Shown: positions 39,004 to 49,599, numbered from the stretch's first letter. The stretch is DNA of 64,000 nt from Flavobacteriales bacterium (GCA_038243395.1 JBBSRC010000005.1:10701-74700), one strand, 5' to 3'. Translations and numbers: made by a program. Notes: generated by a model from the sequence alone, not told the origin.

Positions 39004-40572
39004 CTATTGCTTTCCGTCACCCGTCATAATACTCCCCAAACCTGCTTTCAGACTGATCCATAAAAAATTGAAGATTGATTTGGTTTTATCACGCTCAATA
39101 TTCTCTTTAAAACTTTCTCTAAAACCATCCTCAGTTTCATTACTGTCCTTTTTGATAAAAAGATTGGCGATGGCGGACAATACTTTATTTTTCTTCTCGC
39201 CCTCCTTGTCCAAAATGACTACTTTAAAATCCTCGTATTTGGCTTTCATATTCACACGGGAGGTATTAACATCGCCTGAAACCGTAGCATAAGTATGCAA
39301 TAATTCTCCCTCAAGAAGGACTTTCAAATTGGGTTGAGAAAAGGGATTTAGATCGGGAGATGGAAGCTTACCGATATTCGTTTTGAACACAAACGCATCA
39401 CTGGCATCATTGACATCAAATACCCAGTTAACTTTTATAGGGGTTTTTGCCATGAAAATAGCGTCTATATCCAAGGTGGTTTTTTGTCCAGAATCATAAG
39501 TATTACTAATGTTTTTTATATCAGCATCCATCTTTGTAAAGGAAAGTTTACCCGCTGGCATATCAACGTTTACCTTTTCAGAATAAACAATTGTGGCATT
39601 TTTGAGCTCAACCTCACTTAAAGTTAAATTAAACTTAAGACCACGCAGCATCTTGCTATATAATTGTTTAGTAGTTATATCATCAGCAATTAACTTATCT
39701 CTATAAATATACATTTCAGGGTTTTCAAAAATGACTTCTGGACTTTTAAAATAAAAAATGGAATCCTGCTGATATCCAAATTCTTGATTCTTTAAAACTA
39801 GTGACGGAATGGATACATTAAAATGATCGCGTTCCTCAGATATAATTTGGCTCAATTTTTCTTTAGAGTATTTCGTGAACATTTTCATCTGATTCAGACG
39901 TATCTGTCCTTGGGTTATACTAGCATCAGCGATGGTCAAATTTTCATAATTCCCCATACTGAAAAAGAAATTTTCAAAAGAAAAATTATAATCTTCATAA
40001 TTGAAAGGAATAGGATTTTTAACTGAAATAGGATTTACTTCGATTCCCATAATATTTGCTGTTAAACTATTGGAATAAAGCATGATTGAATCTGTTTCAG
40101 TATCCCGAATGCTTAGTTTTCCGTTTTGGATATTAAATTGGTCCACTTTAATTTCCTGCTTCAATTGGTCTGAACTGGAATTTTTGTATTCATTTTTTGG
40201 AATGGTTTTGTCATGGTAATAGTGTACTACCGGACTTCTTAATTGCACGCTTTTCACATGGATGATATCATTTACGAGATAATCCCAATATCCAAAGCCC
40301 GTGACCATCAAAGTATCCAATGCAACATCAACATTGATTTTTGAAGTATGACTCCCCATGTTTAAGATTTTTGGACGGATGAGAGCCACTTTTCCTCCCC
40401 AAAGATTAACGTCAATCGATTCATAATCCACGCTAACTGTTTCAGGAAGTTCTGATTTGAGAAAATTTTCGAGTTTAGAAGTGATAATGGCATCTGCCAC
40501 AAAATATCCTATAACACTCAGCACCACTAGCGCCAACAAACTAATTATTGTGATCTTCAAAGGTTTCGTCAT
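39004..40572 (-). CDS. Hypothetical AsmA-like/DUF748-type envelope protein
   Basis: N-terminal TM anchor, then repeated beta-rich segments and a C-terminal helical tail. Confidence 0.6.
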   Translation of the reverse strand: MTKPLKITIISLLALVVLSVIGYFVADAIITSKLENFLKSELPETVSVDYESIDVNLWGGKVALIRPKILNMGSHTSKINVDVALDTLMVTGFGYWDYLVNDIIHVKSVQLRSPVVHYYHDKTIPKNEYKNSSSDQLKQEIKVDQFNIQNGKLSIRDTETDSIMLYSNSLTANIMGIEVNPISVKNPIPFNYEDYNFSFENFFFSMGNYENLTIADASITQGQIRLNQMKMFTKYSKEKLSQIISEERDHFNVSIPSLVLKNQEFGYQQDSIFYFKSPEVIFENPEMYIYRDKLIADDITTKQLYSKMLRGLKFNLTLSEVELKNATIVYSEKVNVDMPAGKLSFTKMDADIKNISNTYDSGQKTTLDIDAIFMAKTPIKVNWVFDVNDASDAFVFKTNIGKLPSPDLNPFSQPNLKVLLEGELLHTYATVSGDVNTSRVNMKAKYEDFKVVILDKEGEKKNKVLSAIANLFIKKDSNETEDGFRESFKENIERDKTKSIFNFLWISLKAGLGSIMTGDGKQ

Positions 40573-40709
40573 AAAATAAAGATATACAATCGCGATGTGT
40601 TATGGTATCTTAATAAAAATATTTGTGACTGAAATCCTCATCCCTTGTTCGTCATCTCCTAAATCTCTGTTTTTTAAAATTCTTGAGGAAATTTTAAAAA
40701 AAACATCTT

Positions 40710-41258
40710 ATGTTTGATGAAATTTTACCCGTTATGGATTTAGGATTAAAATTAATTGATGCTTTACTTTATGCAATTCCTGCATTAATCACAGGACTTT
40801 TAGCCTATTATTTTTTTAAGGAGCATACTAAAAATGAAGAAGGAAGAAGACGGTTCCTGCTCCAAAAAGACATGCAAGTCAATACTATGCCACTTCGCTT
40901 GCAAGCCTATGAACGCATGGTCATTTTCCTTGAACGCATCACGCCTTCTAAATTAATGATAAGGATCACGCCAACCTCTTCAGATAAAGACAGTTATGAA
41001 AGCTTGCTTATAGCTAGCGTTGAACAGGAATTTGAGCACAATTTGTCGCAACAAATCTACGTGACCAGCGATTGTTGGAACATTATATGTGCCGCAAAAA
41101 ATGCAACAATTCAATTAATCAGAAAAGCCAGTCTCTTAGAAAAAACCACTACTGCCGATAAATTAAGAGAAGTTGTATTGACGGAAATGATGGAAAAACG
41201 CGCCCCTAGTGATGCCGCTCTTTCTTATATAAAGCAAGAAGTTGGCGAAATGTGGTAG
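40710..41258 (+). CDS. Hypothetical membrane-anchored protein
   Basis: N-terminal TM helix; LRLQAYERM..FLERI; EFEHNLSQQIY. Confidence 0.75.
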   Translation: MFDEILPVMDLGLKLIDALLYAIPALITGLLAYYFFKEHTKNEEGRRRFLLQKDMQVNTMPLRLQAYERMVIFLERITPSKLMIRITPTSSDKDSYESLLIASVEQEFEHNLSQQIYVTSDCWNIICAAKNATIQLIRKASLLEKTTTADKLREVVLTEMMEKRAPSDAALSYIKQEVGEMW

Positions 41259-41268
41259 GGGTTAGTGG

Positions 41269-41330
41269 GCAGTCTTCAGTTTCGGACTCAGCCTCAGTCT
41301 CAGTTCTCAGTTCTCAGTCTCAGTTCTCAG
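41269..41330 (+). repeat. 6/7-bp periodic CTCAGT(T) tract
   Basis: gactcagcctcagtctcagttctcagttctcagtctcagttctcag, starting ~10 bp after a stop codon. Confidence 0.8.
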
Positions 41331-41582
41331 AAAATATCAGGTTTGTGGGGTGGCAGGTTTTAATAATGCCCTCTCATTGATATAGATCTATAAGTTTAAG
41401 CATACGTTCTGATTGACTGCGGCCGATTGAAGGACGATATATCATTTTTCCAACCTGATCTATCAAATAAGAAAAACAAATTAAACATTAAGGAGAAAAG
41501 ATTTTTTACGAACACTAAATTATCTTTTATATATCCCATCTCCAATTTAATGGGGTGTTGAGATTTATAATGCCATTTTTAT

Positions 41583-42497
41583 CTAATCGGATATTTCAGG
41601 CTTCAACGGACTTACCTCTTGGTTTTTATACTTTGCGAAATCAAAACCACTTTGCCACCAGGAGGTCATCTTATCTTTATTAAATACCAAGGAATTGGTA
41701 GTCAACACCGTAGGTGTATAATAAAAATTAATAATGGCATCTTGATTTGTGGCCACGAACTTTCCAATTCGGATATTCTGATATTCGATTCTATCCAACA
41801 TAAACGAAAACATATTGGTCAATAATGAGAACGCATTTAAAGACGGCATTCTGTTATATTGCGTTACCTCGGTCTGCAACACCACCGCATCCACTACCGT
41901 AGCGCCGCGCCTAATGGCTTCTTCAATAGGCACCATTGAGCCTAAACCACCATCGGCATACTCACAGCCATCTTTTTTAACCAAGGACATAAAAGGTGTG
42001 TAATTACAGGAAATCCATACCCATTCCATAAATTCCTCGTATTCAAAATCTTTAACAGATTTGTACTCTACTTGATTAAGCGACAGATTTGAAACTGTTA
42101 CAATCACATCAGCTTTCAACAACTTTAAAGCATTAAAACCTTCCATAGAAACATGCTCCCTAATTAATTTTCTCAAATTATGGCTTTCACCAAAAGTCTT
42201 GCTGCCACTCAAAAGATTTCGCAACACATTAAAATGATTGATGCTAATCGTCTCAATCCCATTTCTTTTTTTGATGTTAAAGGGACACACATTAAAAATA
42301 TCACTTTGTTTCACATTAGTGTAAATCTCTTTGATTTCTTTAACTTTTTTTAATGCCAAATGGGACACCAGCAGACTTCCCGTTGAAGTACCAATAAACA
42401 AATCATAATCTAGCTTTTTGTTTTCAATGAGATATTGCGCCACCCCACCCGCAAATGCGCCTTTACTTCCTCCTCCTGATATGATTAATGCTCGCAT
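41583..42497 (-). CDS. Patatin-like phospholipase
   Basis: GGGSKG, GTSTG, DGG. Confidence 0.95.
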   Translation of the reverse strand: MRALIISGGGSKGAFAGGVAQYLIENKKLDYDLFIGTSTGSLLVSHLALKKVKEIKEIYTNVKQSDIFNVCPFNIKKRNGIETISINHFNVLRNLLSGSKTFGESHNLRKLIREHVSMEGFNALKLLKADVIVTVSNLSLNQVEYKSVKDFEYEEFMEWVWISCNYTPFMSLVKKDGCEYADGGLGSMVPIEEAIRRGATVVDAVVLQTEVTQYNRMPSLNAFSLLTNMFSFMLDRIEYQNIRIGKFVATNQDAIINFYYTPTVLTTNSLVFNKDKMTSWWQSGFDFAKYKNQEVSPLKPEISD

Positions 42498-42643
42498 TTC
42501 TAGTTTCTAGCTTGTGTTATAGTTGTCGTTTAAGAACAAGTTATTTGTTATTCATTATTCATTATTCATTAAGAAAAATTAAACCATCTATCATAGTCTT
42601 ACCAATTAATCAACCACTACTCATTAAAATTACCCTTTAACCA

Positions 42644-44638
42644 TTAATTTCTCATACCATCAATAATTTTTTTATAATGTTCAACACCTTTCAGTTCTCC
42701 CATCAATTGTTTGGTAAACTGTTGAAAGCGCCAATTGTGGTGCTGTGTGGCGCCTATCAGATTTCTTATTGAAATCTCGTCAAAACTATTCAGCAATTTC
42801 AAATACTTAAAGGCGTTCATGCGCAAATCAAAACTATACTTTGGATCGGTATAGCCTCTCAACTCCTCAAAAACTGCTTGTTTTTTATCCGGCTGATACT
42901 CTAAAGTATTTAAATGTAAAGCTAACCAAGGCAGTTTCACATTGAAGTCGCTAAAGCCATAAACATCTTTGGTTTGCTGAAGATATTTAGCACGATCCTC
43001 CGGGAAATTCACCCATAAATTATATAAGGCTACCTCAATGGTTTTGTAGGATTTATCACTTAAAAAAGATTCGTAATTTCCCTTAAATTCTGATGGAATC
43101 ACAGACAGTTTTTGCGCAATGGCTTGTCGTACTTCAAGATTATTATTAAAATCCTCTGACTTCACCTCATAACTCGCTTTTGATAGAATTTTGACTTTGG
43201 CCTTATCGGAAATATCAGAAACCAAATAATCCTTGCATTTCAAAGGATAAGTCTCACAACTAACATCAAGAAACTCCTGAATAAATTCTGATTTATTCAA
43301 GCTTTTAACCATATTATCCTGTGGAAGTTCAATATCTTCGATCCAAATTCTTACGAATTCAGACAAATCTTGACCGCTTGCTTTTTCCACCTCTTGAATA
43401 AAATCTGAGGTTTCTACATTCTGATACTGGTACCTCTCAAGATAGTTTTTTACAGCCGATTTAAAAGCAACATCGCCCACCTGCTCGCGCAATACATGTA
43501 AAGCCCAGCTCCCTTTTTGGTAAAAGGTCACGCTGCTGGACTTTGGATTGAGCAAAGATGTGCTTTCTCCGGCATTCTCCTGCTTTAATAGTTGTTGAGC
43601 AGCCTCATACATTTGCCAATAAAAATAATCCTCACCAAAAACTTCGCGCTCAGCCAAGAGCGCATAGTAGGTGGCAAAACCTTCTTGGAGCCAATGATGT
43701 GTGCCGCTAGTTGCAGTGACCAAATTACCAAACCATTGGTGCGCTAGCTCATGAGCGTTCACGTTGACATAATTCTGGTCGTTAAACGAAATAGTATCAA
43801 CCACTAAAGCATCTGAAAAGATAGTGAGCGTGGTGTTTTCCATTCCAGAATACAAAAAATCCTTGACCGGCACTTGTCTGTACACTTTCCAAGGATAAGG
43901 GATACCAATTTCATTTTCTAAAAAATCAAACATTTGTTTGCTATAGCGATAAGTCGGCTCCACTTTCGACGAATCTTGCGGATAATAGTAATACTCTAAC
44001 GGAATACCACTGTATGAGGTTTCGGTTCTTTTATTGTATTTTCCTACTGCAAGTGCCACAAGATAACTGCTCATAGGTGATGTCATATCATAACGCCACT
44101 TGGTGCGATTTTGTGCGATCGGTTCTTTTTCTACCAGCGCTCCATTAGCCAAAACGACATAAGCATCATTATAAGAAATAGATAGATCAAACTTAATTTT
44201 CTCATTCATATCATCAATACTTGGCAACCAATTACTGGTGTACTTTCCTTGCCCTTGTGTCCAAATTTGATCGTCAATAAAATATAAGGCTTTTTTAGGT
44301 TGGGCAGAATACCAGAATTGTAATGTATAATCCGTGTTAGTCTTAAAATTATTTAAGATGACTAGTTTATTGGCTTCAACGTGGTAATCACTTTCTTGAA
44401 TAGCATCAACACTCAGAACACTTAATTTCAAATTCTTGAAGTCCATATTTATAGCATCAAGATAAATAGAATCAACATCCTTCAGGATTTTAAAATTCAC
44501 GGATACAAAGCCAGATACTTCGTTTGTGTTGGTAAAATTCAAATCTGCTTTAATTCTTTCAAAATCAACAGCATCCGACTGTTGGGCATAAACAGTTCCA
44601 ATAAACAGTAGGAAACAAAGAGAAAGAAGGCGGTTCAT
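42644..44638 (-). CDS. M1 family zinc aminopeptidase
   Basis: SGMEN, HELAH, WLQEGF, FYQKG; signal peptide. Confidence 0.95.
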   Translation of the reverse strand: MNRLLSLCFLLFIGTVYAQQSDAVDFERIKADLNFTNTNEVSGFVSVNFKILKDVDSIYLDAINMDFKNLKLSVLSVDAIQESDYHVEANKLVILNNFKTNTDYTLQFWYSAQPKKALYFIDDQIWTQGQGKYTSNWLPSIDDMNEKIKFDLSISYNDAYVVLANGALVEKEPIAQNRTKWRYDMTSPMSSYLVALAVGKYNKRTETSYSGIPLEYYYYPQDSSKVEPTYRYSKQMFDFLENEIGIPYPWKVYRQVPVKDFLYSGMENTTLTIFSDALVVDTISFNDQNYVNVNAHELAHQWFGNLVTATSGTHHWLQEGFATYYALLAEREVFGEDYFYWQMYEAAQQLLKQENAGESTSLLNPKSSSVTFYQKGSWALHVLREQVGDVAFKSAVKNYLERYQYQNVETSDFIQEVEKASGQDLSEFVRIWIEDIELPQDNMVKSLNKSEFIQEFLDVSCETYPLKCKDYLVSDISDKAKVKILSKASYEVKSEDFNNNLEVRQAIAQKLSVIPSEFKGNYESFLSDKSYKTIEVALYNLWVNFPEDRAKYLQQTKDVYGFSDFNVKLPWLALHLNTLEYQPDKKQAVFEELRGYTDPKYSFDLRMNAFKYLKLLNSFDEISIRNLIGATQHHNWRFQQFTKQLMGELKGVEHYKKIIDGMRN

Positions 44639-44682
44639 TTTAGGAGCTTAATTTGGTCATGACCAAAATAAGAAAAAAATTA

Positions 44683-44796
44683 CACGAAGCACGAAGTATC
44701 AAGTACAAAGTGCGAAGTGTGACTCAGGAAGCTGGAAGCATGCAGAACGAAGTATGAAACACAAACGCGAAGACTGGAGACGGAAGCACAAAGTAC
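44683..44796 (+). repeat. Degenerate 7-bp periodic ACGAAGT/ACAAAGT tract
   Basis: cacgaagcacgaagtatcaagtacaaagtgcgaagt...cggaagcacaaagtac. Confidence 0.6.
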
Positions 44797-44917
44797 TAAT
44801 CAGTTGGATTAAAGCAGTACGTCCCGCCACAATTAAGTCCAAAATAATTATTCTAAAAGCTTAAGACATTCCACATGGGAATTCCTGCATTCGAAGGAAT
44901 TGGTTAAATTCGCAACC

Positions 44918-47020
44918 ATGAATGCCAAACTACAAACCCCTATCGATTACCTCAAAGGCGTCGGCCCAAATCGTGCCAATTTACTCCGAAGCGAACTCGG
45001 CATCCACACCTATCAAGATTTAATTAACCTTTTTCCAAACCGCTATATTGACAAAACGCAGTACTACAAAATCAACCAGTTGCAACAAAATAGCGCTGAT
45101 GTTCAAATTATTGGAGAAATAAGCAGCTTAAAAGAAGCTGGACAAGGCAGAGGAAAACGTTTAGTGGCTACATTCAAGGACGATACGGGAATAATCGAAC
45201 TTGTCTGGTTTAGAGGCCATAAATGGGTAAGAGAAAGCATCAAATTCGGGAAAAAATATGTGATTTTCGGAAAAACCAATTGGTTCAATGGTGTTTTTAG
45301 CATGCCACATCCCGAAATGGAACTGCTGGAAGAACATGAAAAGAATTTACGTTCTGCAATGCAGCCCATTTATCCTTCTACCGAAAAATTGTCAAACAAG
45401 GGCATTTCCAATCGTGTTTTGAACAAAATTATGCAGCAATTATTTCTGGAGACCAATGGACGATTTGAAGAAACACTCTCTGAAAATTTACGCGTAGAAC
45501 TCAAATTAATATCGAAAAGTAAAGCGCTTTTTAACATCCATTTTCCGGAGAGTCAAGAGTTGTTGGCACAGGCACAATTCCGATTAAAATTTGAAGAATT
45601 ATTTTACATTCAACTGCAATTGATCATCAAGAATTTGATCCACAAATCGAAAATTCAGGGGTTCAATTTTGTACATGTCGGACACTATTTTAATACGTTT
45701 TATCAAGAGCATTTACCCTTCGCTTTAACCAACGCCCAGAAACGAGTTTTAAGAGAAATCAGAGCTGATTTAGGAAGCAATGCCCAAATGAACCGTCTTT
45801 TGCAAGGCGATGTAGGCTCTGGAAAGACCATAGTAGCGCTCATGTCAATGCTAATGGCACTTGACAACGGTTTTCAAGCCTGCTTAATGGCGCCGACTGC
45901 TATTTTGTCAGTCCAACACTATCATGGCTTAGAAGAGTTGTGTAAAGAATTGAACATCAATATAAAGCTACTCATTGGTTCAACCAAAACTTCAGAGCGA
46001 AGAAAAATCCATGAAGCGCTCGAAAATGGTGAATTAAACATTTTAATCGGCACCCATGCCCTGCTCGAAGATAAAGTGAAATTCAAGAATTTAGGGCTAG
46101 CCGTCATCGATGAACAGCATCGGTTTGGAGTGGCGCAACGGAGTAAATTATGGCACAAAAACACCTCGCCTCCGCACATCTTAATTATGACCGCAACACC
46201 AATTCCGAGAACGTTGGCCATGTCCGTTTATGGCGATTTGGATGTGTCCGTAATTGACGAATTACCACCCGGAAGAAAGGATGTAAAAACGGTCCATCGG
46301 TATGATAGAAATCGACTGAAAGTTTTCAGATTCATAAGAGATGAGATTGCAAAAGGCAGGCAAATTTATATCGTTTATCCGCTGATCCAAGAAAGCGAAA
46401 AAATGGATTATAAAGATTTAATGGATGGTTACGAAAGTATCGTCAGGGAATTCCCGATGCCCGAATTTCAAATCTCAATTTTACACGGGCAAATGAAACC
46501 TGTCGATAAAGATTTCGAGATGCAACGTTTTGTAAAAGGCCAAACCCAAATCATGGTCGCCACCACCGTTATTGAGGTAGGGGTTAATGTACCAAATGCT
46601 TCTGTCATGATTATCGAAAGTGCAGAGCGATTTGGACTTTCTCAATTGCATCAATTAAGAGGGCGCGTAGGTCGCGGTGCTGAACAAAGCTATTGCATTT
46701 TGATGACGAGCCACAAACTTAGTGAGGACAGCAAAACCCGACTTCAAACAATGGTCAGCACTAATGATGGCTTTGAAATTGCCGAAGTAGATTTACAACT
46801 GCGAGGCCCGGGCGATATAATGGGAACGCAGCAAAGTGGTGTTTTAAATCTTAAAATAGCGGATGTGATCAAGGACAAGGATATTTTGCAACATGCCCGT
46901 CATCACGCTAAATCCATTTTAAAAGCCGATCCTTCCTTATCGCTTCCTGAGAATAAAGTTTTACGCTACACTTACGGACAGCTGAGCAAGTATAAAAATA
47001 TTTGGAATTATATTTCTTAG
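44918..47020 (+). CDS. recG: ATP-dependent DNA helicase RecG (start revised to MNAKLQ)
   Basis: QGDVGSGKT, DEQHRFG, MTATPIPR, QLRGRVGRG, RGPGD. Confidence 0.98.
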   Translation: MNAKLQTPIDYLKGVGPNRANLLRSELGIHTYQDLINLFPNRYIDKTQYYKINQLQQNSADVQIIGEISSLKEAGQGRGKRLVATFKDDTGIIELVWFRGHKWVRESIKFGKKYVIFGKTNWFNGVFSMPHPEMELLEEHEKNLRSAMQPIYPSTEKLSNKGISNRVLNKIMQQLFLETNGRFEETLSENLRVELKLISKSKALFNIHFPESQELLAQAQFRLKFEELFYIQLQLIIKNLIHKSKIQGFNFVHVGHYFNTFYQEHLPFALTNAQKRVLREIRADLGSNAQMNRLLQGDVGSGKTIVALMSMLMALDNGFQACLMAPTAILSVQHYHGLEELCKELNINIKLLIGSTKTSERRKIHEALENGELNILIGTHALLEDKVKFKNLGLAVIDEQHRFGVAQRSKLWHKNTSPPHILIMTATPIPRTLAMSVYGDLDVSVIDELPPGRKDVKTVHRYDRNRLKVFRFIRDEIAKGRQIYIVYPLIQESEKMDYKDLMDGYESIVREFPMPEFQISILHGQMKPVDKDFEMQRFVKGQTQIMVATTVIEVGVNVPNASVMIIESAERFGLSQLHQLRGRVGRGAEQSYCILMTSHKLSEDSKTRLQTMVSTNDGFEIAEVDLQLRGPGDIMGTQQSGVLNLKIADVIKDKDILQHARHHAKSILKADPSLSLPENKVLRYTYGQLSKYKNIWNYIS

Positions 47021-47034
47021 TTGGGCAGGGATCT

Positions 47035-47112
47035 GTTGGCAGTTGGCAGTTGGCAGTCAACAGTCCGCCCCTACCGAAAAGGCACATTCGGGCGGGTCGG
47101 CAGTGGACAGTG
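47035..47112 (+). repeat. GGCAGTT heptamer tract interrupted by a 32-bp GC-rich hairpin
   Basis: (TTGGCAG)x3, then ccgcccctaccgaaaaggcacattcgggcggg (47065-47096), then tcggcagtggacagtg. Confidence 0.7.
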
Positions 47113-47340
47113 CTGCCGCGCATAATCTAGAGAGAGGCAAATACTTTAAAGATAATCCACAGGGATTAAGTATATCTAAGGGAATTAAAAAATTTATAAA
47201 CGAAATTGAAAACGTTTACAAAGACAAAAAAAGCATCCAGAAAGAATGTCCACCCATAAATTAAACTGAAGCTTGTTTCATTCTTGAAATTTAAAATAAT
47301 AGTTTAGTATCGAAATTTTCAGAAACCAAGAAATCTTTGA

Positions 47341-47376
47341 AAATCCGTGAAATCCGTGTCAAAATTTTTAAAAAGC
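47341..47376 (+). repeat. ATCCGTG element, related to 4167-4190
   Basis: aaatccgtgaaatccgtgtcaaaatttttaaaaagc versus atccgtgtcaaaaattttagaagc. Confidence 0.6.
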
Positions 47377-47461
47377 AGAGCTAGATTAACTAAAACTCAA
47401 AGATTTAACTTAATTTGATGACTTCAAAAAAACGAAACAAAATAAATAGCCAACTACACAA

Positions 47462-48601
47462 ATGAGAACATTCAATTTTCTTTTATCAATCGCGATCTTA
47501 TTGATAATGTTGAGTTGTAAGGACACAAAAGAAGAAACCAAGCAATCCGATATCCTAGACACCAAACAATTGGAAGCCTATTTCTCTAACGAGATGCCCG
47601 CTAATGAACCGGGAGGCGCTATTTTAATCATGAAGGGCGACAGTATCATTTTCAGCAAGGGCTATGGGCTCGCCGATCTCGGACTAAAAACCAAGATTGA
47701 CGCCAATACCTTATTCAACATTGGCTCTATTTCAAAAACCTTTGTTTCCAATGCCATTCTGATGTTACAAGATGAAGGCAAGCTTTCCTTTGAAGATAAT
47801 TTGGCCAAATACTTTCCTGATTTTAAAAATAAGCAAATTGCCGAAAAAGTAAAAATAAAACATCTCATAACGCACACTTCGGGATTAGAGGACAATAGAC
47901 AGACCAAAACGGATTCTATATTTTATTTGAGTGCGAAAGATCTTGAAAACTGGTATCCAATCACGCAAGCTGAAAATCTGAATTTTGAACCTGGAACCCA
48001 TTTCGAATATTCCAATCCTGCATATAATGCCTTGGCTTTAATAATTGAAGAGGTCAGCGGAATGCAATGGCAAAAATATATTGCAGATAAAATTTTCAAT
48101 CCCTCTGGCATGAAAACCAGCACCATAACCGACGGGCCACATCCCGAAACTGGCGTATCTCACGCCTACATTAAAAGTAACGGGATTTGGCTCGAAAAAG
48201 ATTATGGCGAGGAGCCTACATTTGCTGCGGCTGGCAACGGCGGCGTTTGGAGCTCAGTCAGCGAATTAGCCAAATACGAACTGGCATTACAACAACACAA
48301 ATTCATGTCAGATGACATCTTACAAAATTCCAGAACCATAAAATCATGGTCAAATTGGCAAGATGCCACACCACCGTTTATAGGTTGGTCTTGGTTTATT
48401 GACAAAACACCCGACGGTTTAAAAACAGTGGGGCACACTGGGAGTCAAGGTGGTTTTCTATGCAACTACGTTACAGTTCCTGAAAAAGATATTACTTTTA
48501 TTATTCTTTGCAATACCCCAAGAGATGTTGACGGATTTACAGATTTTATTACAGAATGGCTCAGCAAGAACAATTGGTTGGAAAAAGCGAATAAAATTTA
48601 A
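47462..48601 (+). CDS. Serine hydrolase lipoprotein (AmpC/class C beta-lactamase-like fold)
   Basis: Lipobox MLSC; SISK (SxxK), YSN, GHTG. Confidence 0.9.
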   Translation: MRTFNFLLSIAILLIMLSCKDTKEETKQSDILDTKQLEAYFSNEMPANEPGGAILIMKGDSIIFSKGYGLADLGLKTKIDANTLFNIGSISKTFVSNAILMLQDEGKLSFEDNLAKYFPDFKNKQIAEKVKIKHLITHTSGLEDNRQTKTDSIFYLSAKDLENWYPITQAENLNFEPGTHFEYSNPAYNALALIIEEVSGMQWQKYIADKIFNPSGMKTSTITDGPHPETGVSHAYIKSNGIWLEKDYGEEPTFAAAGNGGVWSSVSELAKYELALQQHKFMSDDILQNSRTIKSWSNWQDATPPFIGWSWFIDKTPDGLKTVGHTGSQGGFLCNYVTVPEKDITFIILCNTPRDVDGFTDFITEWLSKNNWLEKANKI

Positions 48602-48651
48602 ATACAAAGACTAACATCTTATATTTCATAATGATCATCTGACCTCAAATC

Positions 48652-49572
48652 ATGAAACATCTAAAAACTGCTTTTAAAATTACGTTTGTTTCGTTATTAC
48701 TGTTCACTTCTTCTTGTGAAGAGAAATTATCTAAAAAAGAAAATTTAAAAAGAACCGTCCAAGCTCAAATTGATTCCATAGAAGGCATAGTAGCCGTTGC
48801 ATTTTACAGTTTATCTGAGCCTAAGGACAGTTTACTGATTAATGTGGATGAAAAATTTCATGCCGCTAGCACGATGAAAGTCCCTGTGATGATCGAGCTG
48901 TTTAAACAAGCTTCCGAAGGAAAATTAGATTTGAAGGATTCGATTTTACTGAAAAACGAATTTAAAAGCATCGTGGACGGGAGTTTATTCAGTATGGCTA
49001 TTAATGATGACAGTGACGATATTATCTACAAACAAATCGGAAGCAGAGTAGCGCTAAAAGATTTGATGCATAGCATGATTACCGTGAGCAGTAATTTGGC
49101 AACCAATGTACTGATTGAACTGGTTGATGCTAAAAAGACAACCGCAACCATGCGAAATTTAGGTGCAAAAAACATAGATGTTTTGAGAGGCGTCGAAGAT
49201 CAAAAAGCATATGATCAAGGCTTGAGCAATTCTACAACCGGCAGGGATTTGATGATTATTATGGAAGCCATCGCCAATCATACTGCAGGCAAACAGGAGG
49301 ATTGCGACGCGATGCTTGCCATTTTAAAAGATCAACAACACAACGATATGATTCCGTTGTATTTACCTAAAGAGGTAACAGTGGCCCACAAAACAGGATC
49401 GATAACAGGAGTGCATCACGATGCGGGAATTGTGTATTTACCGGATGGCAGTTCTTATATACTAGTATTGCTTTCTAAAAATTTAAAAGATTTTGACAAA
49501 GGAACCGATCAATTAGCTGAAATATCAAAAACTTTTTACGATTATGTCATTAGTAAAAATGATAATCCGTAA
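48652..49572 (+). CDS. Serine hydrolase lipoprotein (class A beta-lactamase-related)
   Basis: Lipobox TSSC; ASTMK (SxxK), SSN, HKTG. Confidence 0.9.
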   Translation: MKHLKTAFKITFVSLLLFTSSCEEKLSKKENLKRTVQAQIDSIEGIVAVAFYSLSEPKDSLLINVDEKFHAASTMKVPVMIELFKQASEGKLDLKDSILLKNEFKSIVDGSLFSMAINDDSDDIIYKQIGSRVALKDLMHSMITVSSNLATNVLIELVDAKKTTATMRNLGAKNIDVLRGVEDQKAYDQGLSNSTTGRDLMIIMEAIANHTAGKQEDCDAMLAILKDQQHNDMIPLYLPKEVTVAHKTGSITGVHHDAGIVYLPDGSSYILVLLSKNLKDFDKGTDQLAEISKTFYDYVISKNDNP

Positions 49573-49599
49573 AAACTCCTAATTTAATTTTGAACACCC

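Noticed and set aside
41340-41470. TPP riboswitch-like words (GGGGTG, AACCTGATC)
   Set aside because: No CTGAGA in the right order, no downstream GCGTAGGGA-type element, and no thiamine gene downstream.
47043-47264. 73-aa ORF after recG
   Set aside because: Starts at a TTG within the heptamer tract and crosses the hairpin insert. The C-terminal half may be a gene remnant, but I cannot assign it.
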